A DNA stretch of 32,000 bases from Promethearchaeota archaeon (GTDB lineage: Archaea > Asgardarchaeota > Lokiarchaeia > Sigyniarchaeales > Promethearchaeaceae): NCBI GenBank assembly GCA_016933055.1, contig JAFGBS010000019.1, positions 30,001-62,000 of the forward strand. Direction: 5' to 3'. The translations under genes were made by a program, and so were the position numbers. Below are positions 27,607 to 32,000 of this stretch, in pieces. Every line of letters begins with the position of its first letter. Position 1 is the first letter of the stretch. The notes beneath the pieces were generated by a model, which saw nothing but the letters and a program-made list of their open reading frames with translations, was not told where the DNA came from and did no database searches.

Positions 27607-28398
27607 ATGCGAATTGAAATTTTAGTAATTGGGAATGAAATTCTCATTGGAAAATGTCAGGATACCAATTCTAATTGGATGGCAAAACGTATCGCAAAAT
27701 ATGGTCATATTCTTTCAAGAATTACCACTATTGGGGATATTGAGGATGATATAGCAGAAACGATTCAGAGCATTCTTCATCGTGAACCGGATATCATCAT
27801 CACTTCAGGGGGTCTTGGACCCACATTTGATGATATCACTATGCAAAGTGTTGCAAAAGGATTGAATCGAAAACTGACGATAGACAAACACGCCTATAGG
27901 CTTATCAAAAAAGGTTATGAAAAAGCTTATGATAAGGGGCTATTGAAATTACGAGAGATGACGAAAGAACGTGAAAAAATGGCATATTTACCCACTAACT
28001 CTACAATGCTCCCTAACTTAGTCGGTGCAGCACCAGGTGTAAAAATTAAAGAGGGAAATTCAATAATCTATATTTTACCGGGAGTACCGACCGAATTAAA
28101 AAAAATGTTCCGTGAATTTATTATACCTTATTTATCAAAAAAAAAAGGGAAATTCCTTGAGAAAGGATTTATCATTCGAGATATCGGAGAATCCCAACTG
28201 GCCCCTTTCATTACCTCACTCGAGGAAAAGAATCCGAAATTATGGATTAAAACGCATCCTAGAACTCAATATGGCGTAGAATTGGAATTATCAATAACGG
28301 CTTTCAATTTAGAAAATGCTTCTGATACTGTTGATTCCATTTTAGATGAAGTAAGAGCAATTGTCGCATCATTGGGAGGGAAAGTCATCGAAAAATAA
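27607..28398 (+). CDS. CinA-like molybdopterin-binding-domain protein (competence/damage-inducible family)
   Basis: IGNEILIG...DTNSNW, TIGD, TSGGLGPTFDDIT, NLVGAAPG, LPGVPTE. Confidence 0.9.
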   Translation: MRIEILVIGNEILIGKCQDTNSNWMAKRIAKYGHILSRITTIGDIEDDIAETIQSILHREPDIIITSGGLGPTFDDITMQSVAKGLNRKLTIDKHAYRLIKKGYEKAYDKGLLKLREMTKEREKMAYLPTNSTMLPNLVGAAPGVKIKEGNSIIYILPGVPTELKKMFREFIIPYLSKKKGKFLEKGFIIRDIGESQLAPFITSLEEKNPKLWIKTHPRTQYGVELELSITAFNLENASDTVDSILDEVRAIVASLGGKVIEK

Positions 28399-28402
28399 TA
28401 TT

Positions 28403-29032
28403 CTACCATCCAAAATCCCGAATATTTTCACGTACTTTTTGCCAAGCTTTATCTAGCGTTTTGACGTTATCTACCAGCCATTCCTTCTTCCTGTCAACGA
28501 TATTTTGAGACCTTTTTATTTTTGTATCAATGTCATGGATTTGTCTTCTCTTATTCTCTAATTTTTTCTCTGCAACCATCCGATTTTCTGCTTTTAAATA
28601 GTCATAAACCAAACTTTGCCATTTTTCCCGTAAACTAACTAAGGTGCTCAGTTCTCGTTTATAATCATTTTTTTGCTGGAGAAATTCTTTCATAGCCATG
28701 TGAAGGTCGGTGAATGCTTCAGATAAATTAAGTTGGTTCACAGAGGTTTTCTCAAGATTATCTATGCTTTTCTTAAGAGAACGAATTTCCTCTTCAGACA
28801 CATCACTAACAGGGTTCTTTACCGCGATTTCTACCAGTTGTAATAATTTTTTCTCTTCATCAATCAAATTTTGCTTTTCCCGACTGATCCGGGTTAAATA
28901 TTTCGCGAACTCTTTGATGGTGCGGAGTTCATCGTTCTCGAGCTGGACGACTTTGTCCAATCGCTCATATGCTCTTTGTTTTTGTTTCAAAATTTCTATT
29001 TCATCATCCGATAACATACGTATTTTTTGCAT
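28403..29032 (-). CDS. All-helical ~200-aa coiled-coil protein, possibly BAR-domain-like
   Basis: Three long amphipathic helices, broken near NPVSD and near MVAE. No catalytic motifs. Confidence 0.7.
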   Translation of the reverse strand: MQKIRMLSDDEIEILKQKQRAYERLDKVVQLENDELRTIKEFAKYLTRISREKQNLIDEEKKLLQLVEIAVKNPVSDVSEEEIRSLKKSIDNLEKTSVNQLNLSEAFTDLHMAMKEFLQQKNDYKRELSTLVSLREKWQSLVYDYLKAENRMVAEKKLENKRRQIHDIDTKIKRSQNIVDRKKEWLVDNVKTLDKAWQKVRENIRDFGW

Positions 29033-29053
29033 TGTGGATACCTTTTTCTTATA

Positions 29054-29521
29054 TTAAAAAATATGATCAAATCGTTCAGAAGGGGTTTCTTTCAAATCTT
29101 GAAGCACTTCATCAAAAACAGGTAGAAAGGAATTGAATTTTGATGATTGGATCGTCGACATTTTATGAGCTTTGGGAAATTGGGTTAAAAATTTCTCTTG
29201 TATTTTTTCCAGTAAATCCGATAATAATTGTACATTCATTTCTTTATCTCCGATTCCATAAAAGATCAGATGTGGAGCTTTTTGAAGCGCCTCTGGAGTA
29301 ATCTCTTTAAAGGGACTAGTCAGCACAATTTTGTAGTTTTTCATATTAAGAGTACTGATATTTTGAGATAACACTACCCTACTCATGTTTAAAATTGCAT
29401 CTAATAAGGCATTTCTCAGATCGGGGTCATTATTAATTTTATTTAAATTGGAATCCGATGAATATTGCTTGTAAAGTATACTAACTCCATTAAGAATGAT
29501 TCCAACCTCGGAAACGTTCAT
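29054..29521 (-). CDS. Longin-like domain protein
   Basis: beta-beta-alpha-beta-beta-beta-alpha-alpha pattern: EVGIILNGVSILYKQY, DPDLRNALLDAILNMS, NYKIVL, LIFYGIGD, LLEKIQEKFLTQF, FNSFLPVFDEVL. Confidence 0.7.
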   Translation of the reverse strand: MNVSEVGIILNGVSILYKQYSSDSNLNKINNDPDLRNALLDAILNMSRVVLSQNISTLNMKNYKIVLTSPFKEITPEALQKAPHLIFYGIGDKEMNVQLLSDLLEKIQEKFLTQFPKAHKMSTIQSSKFNSFLPVFDEVLQDLKETPSERFDHIF

Positions 29522-29675
29522 TTTATCTCATTATTTGCCTTATTGGTTCTCTTATGATTAGTATACATTTTGATCTTATTTAATTTAAGCACAAGGTGAA
29601 AGTCGTTGATGGATTATAATGCAATACAATAAAGATTTAAAATCAGATCGTATTCATCTGGACATTAATAAAATA

Positions 29676-29918
29676 ATGGATGATAAAATGACCCTCTCAA
29701 AAGAAGAAGTTCAAACTCATTTAGATAAGGTTAGACCCCAGTTGCAGGCAGATGGGGGAGATATTGAATTAGTGGAAGTTAAAGAAGACAAAATATATGT
29801 TAGACTCCAAGGGCATTGTCGAGGGTGTGCAATGTCTCAATATACCCTTAAGATGGGAATTGAACAATATTTACGAAAGCAATTAGGTAATGAATTAGAA
29901 GTAATTAGCGTAGACTAG
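29676..29918 (+). CDS. NifU-like (Nfu) Fe-S scaffold or carrier domain protein
   Basis: VRPQLQADGGDIELV...VRLQGHCRGC...TLKMGIEQYL. The start is probably 29676 or 29688 rather than 29619. Confidence 0.92.
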   Translation: MDDKMTLSKEEVQTHLDKVRPQLQADGGDIELVEVKEDKIYVRLQGHCRGCAMSQYTLKMGIEQYLRKQLGNELEVISVD

Positions 29919-29924
29919 CTGTAA

Positions 29925-29940
29925 TTTTTTTTTCTTCTCT
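29925..29940 (+). terminator. Oligo-T tract, probable archaeal intrinsic terminator
   Basis: T9 followed by CTTCTCT, starting 7 nt after the NifU-like stop codon. Confidence 0.5.
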
Positions 29941-30055
29941 CTTAAAAGCACTCTTCTTACTGATTTATTGTAAGAATACATTTTAAATTAGCTAAATCTA
30001 TAAACTTTTTATACTATTTTCTCTGGATGTACGCGATAATATGAGGTAAAAGAAT

Positions 30056-31057
30056 ATGACACATAAAGTAGCAATAAATGGAATGGGACGTATTGGAAGA
30101 GCAACTTTGAAGATATTGATGGATACTCCAGATTTGGAGTTGGTTGCGGTTAACGATATCGTTCCTATCGAGACTATAGAATATCTTTTAAAATATGACA
30201 CGGTTTATGGAAAATATAAGAAAAATGTGAAAATACAAGGCTCAAATCTTGTTATTGATGGAAAACCCATTTCCTATAATCAAGAAAGAGATCCTACGAA
30301 ACTCCCATGGAGCAAACTCCAAGTAGAACTTGTTTTCGAATGTACTGGGATATTCACAAAGACAGAAGACCTCCGAAAACATATACAAGCAGGTGCCAAA
30401 TATGTGGTACTATCAGCTCCCACAAAATCGAGTGATATGCCAACAATTGTGCATGGAGTAAATTCTCCAGAAGGAAAACCGGTAATCTTTTCATGTGCGT
30501 CATGTACCACGAACTGTATCACCCCTGTAGTAGAAATTATGGACCGACGCATTGGTGTTGAAAAAGCTATTATGACAACAGTTCATGCATACACTTCTAC
30601 CCAATCACTTGTAGATGGTCCCGTTGCAAAAGATGTGAGTCGGGGAAGGGCAGCAGCCTTGAACTTTGTGCCTACTACCACAGGGGCAGCAATTGCGACC
30701 ACTTTAGCATTACCCAATTTGAAGGGAAGATTTGACGGTGTTGCAATTCGAGGTCCTGTACCCGTAGGATCTATTGCGGACATAACTTTTATTACAAAAA
30801 AAGATACTTCTGCGGAAGAGATCGAAAAGATTTTCAGGGAAGAAGCAGAAACTGAACGCTATAAAGGAATTCTTGGTGTTGCCGATGATCCTATTGTTTC
30901 CTCGGATATTATAGGCGATCCTCGAGCTTCAGTCGTAGATCCACGTATGACAACTGTCGTGTCGGGTAATTTAGTTAAAATAATGACATGGTACGACAAC
31001 GAATGGGGTTATTGCCACCAAATGGTACGGGAAGCAATCAAAACTTTGAGAAATTGA
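30056..31057 (+). CDS. gap: Glyceraldehyde-3-phosphate dehydrogenase, class I (bacterial/eukaryotic type)
   Basis: INGMGRIGR, VAVND, ECTGIF, ASCTTNC, TVHAYT, PTTTGAA, WYDNEWGY. Confidence 0.96.
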   Translation: MTHKVAINGMGRIGRATLKILMDTPDLELVAVNDIVPIETIEYLLKYDTVYGKYKKNVKIQGSNLVIDGKPISYNQERDPTKLPWSKLQVELVFECTGIFTKTEDLRKHIQAGAKYVVLSAPTKSSDMPTIVHGVNSPEGKPVIFSCASCTTNCITPVVEIMDRRIGVEKAIMTTVHAYTSTQSLVDGPVAKDVSRGRAAALNFVPTTTGAAIATTLALPNLKGRFDGVAIRGPVPVGSIADITFITKKDTSAEEIEKIFREEAETERYKGILGVADDPIVSSDIIGDPRASVVDPRMTTVVSGNLVKIMTWYDNEWGYCHQMVREAIKTLRN

Positions 31058-31089
31058 AATTACTCTTCTTTGTAGGAGATATTGAACAT

Positions 31090-32000
31090 ATGGTTGAAAT
31101 GAACTTTAAAAGCATAGAGGATTTCGACTTAACTGGGAAGAAAGTTCTACTCAGAGTCGATATAAACTCTAGCATAGATATTGAGAACTATAGTATTCGG
31201 GAGGATCCTCGAATTCGGGCAATTCTTCCCACCCTAGACAGACTGAAAGATTCTGCAGTCGTACTACTTGCTCATCAAAGTAGACCTGGAGAAAAGGACT
31301 TTATCTCCTTAAAACTTCATGCCGATAAGATTGAATCATATCTACCCACTAAAGTGCAATTTATAGAGGATATCTTTGGAGAAAAAGCCATACAAGCAAT
31401 CAAAGAATTAAAGCCTGGAAAGATTTTACTATTAGATAATATTCGAAAATGGGACAGGGAAAATGTGGAGAGTTCTATCGAGGAAGCAGAACAAACCGAA
31501 CTCATTCAAAAACTCAGTCCGTATTTTGATTATTTTATCAATGATGCATTCGGAGCAGCACATCGAGCACAACCCTCATTAATTGGCTGGCCCACCCTTA
31601 TATGTGGACCCTTGGTAAAGAAAGAATTGGATATGGTGAATAAGTTATTGAATCCAGAACATCCCTCTATTATGATTGTAGGTGGAGCCAAAGCCGATGA
31701 TAAATTTAAAGCATTGAAATACAATTTGGAAAAGGGAAATCTGGATAAAGCATTAATTGCAGGATTGACTGCCTCCATGATCTTGCTAGCTAAAGGCGTT
31801 AAACTATCAGAAACCGATACTAAATTAGTGAAAAAATACTCCGATAAACTACAAGGTGATATTCTTGACGTAATGCAAAAATTCAAAGCCCAAATCATGC
31901 TCCCGGTAGATATTGCTACTGAAGAAAATGGTCAGCGGAAAGAAATCTCAATTGATCAATTGAATATAATACCTTATCCAATTGGAGATATCGGAGAAAG
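31090..32000 (+). CDS. pgk: Phosphoglycerate kinase, archaeal type; 3'-truncated by the window and absent from the ORF track
   Basis: Manual translation, open to the window end: MVEMNFKSIEDFDLTGKKVLLRVDINS..., LAHQSRPG, LLDNIR, NDAFGAAHRAQPS, VGGAKADD. AGGAGA RBS upstream. Confidence 0.95.
   Translation, partial: MVEMNFKSIEDFDLTGKKVLLRVDINSSIDIENYSIREDPRIRAILPTLDRLKDSAVVLLAHQSRPGEKDFISLKLHADKIESYLPTKVQFIEDIFGEKAIQAIKELKPGKILLLDNIRKWDRENVESSIEEAEQTELIQKLSPYFDYFINDAFGAAHRAQPSLIGWPTLICGPLVKKELDMVNKLLNPEHPSIMIVGGAKADDKFKALKYNLEKGNLDKALIAGLTASMILLAKGVKLSETDTKLVKKYSDKLQGDILDVMQKFKAQIMLPVDIATEENGQRKEISIDQLNIIPYPIGDIGE

Noticed and set aside
28137-28146. A10 homopolymer in the CinA-like gene as a programmed frameshift
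   Set aside because: It encodes SKKK in an intact ORF, and there is no plausible alternative-frame product.
845-31898. Many short antisense or overlapping ORFs in the track (e.g. 845-1096, 2725-3069, 11293-11853, 13498-13854, 23401-23706, 25168-25620, 28710-29057, 31530-31898)
   Set aside because: They lie within well-supported genes on the opposite strand or in another frame, and have Ser/Phe/Ile-rich shadow composition with no motifs.
1-32000. CRISPR arrays, tRNA/rRNA, transposases or integrases
   Set aside because: No regularly spaced repeats, cloverleaf or rRNA-like segments, or mobile-element motifs were seen; small RNAs could be missed by eye.

Overview
AT-rich archaeal DNA, most consistent with an Asgard archaeon (Lokiarchaeia/Promethearchaeota-like). 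The assignment is an inference from the co-occurrence of an actin-family protein, a MIT-AAA Vps4, a Vps25-like ESCRT-II domain, a longin-like domain, archaeal-type PGK, an archaea-specific Ski2-like helicase and GGTGA/GGAG ribosome-binding sites. The window holds about 28 protein genes. Housekeeping and metabolic genes include glgP, tyrS, folD, gap, pgk (truncated by the window end), a Gfo/Idh/MocA oxidoreductase, a HAL2-like phosphatase, CinA-like and NifU-like proteins and a MacB/LolD-type ABC pair. I found no rRNA, tRNA, CRISPR array or mobile element. Most notable: (1) an actin-related protein with a ~130-aa double zinc-ribbon insertion and substituted catalytic residues; (2) an ArsR-HTH + ATP-cone + apparently dead class III ribonucleotide reductase fusion, convergent with an apparently dead CCP-like M14 peptidase; (3) vps4 followed by a coiled-coil-Vps25 fusion with no adjacent ESCRT-III gene; (4) a longin plus BAR-like gene pair; (5) a CBS-HPF hibernation-factor-like protein; (6) elements missed by the ORF track: a 55-aa gene (11800-11967), a frame-intact pseudogene with six in-frame stops (26789-27478) and pgk. 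All family calls come from motif recognition by eye; no database search was run.
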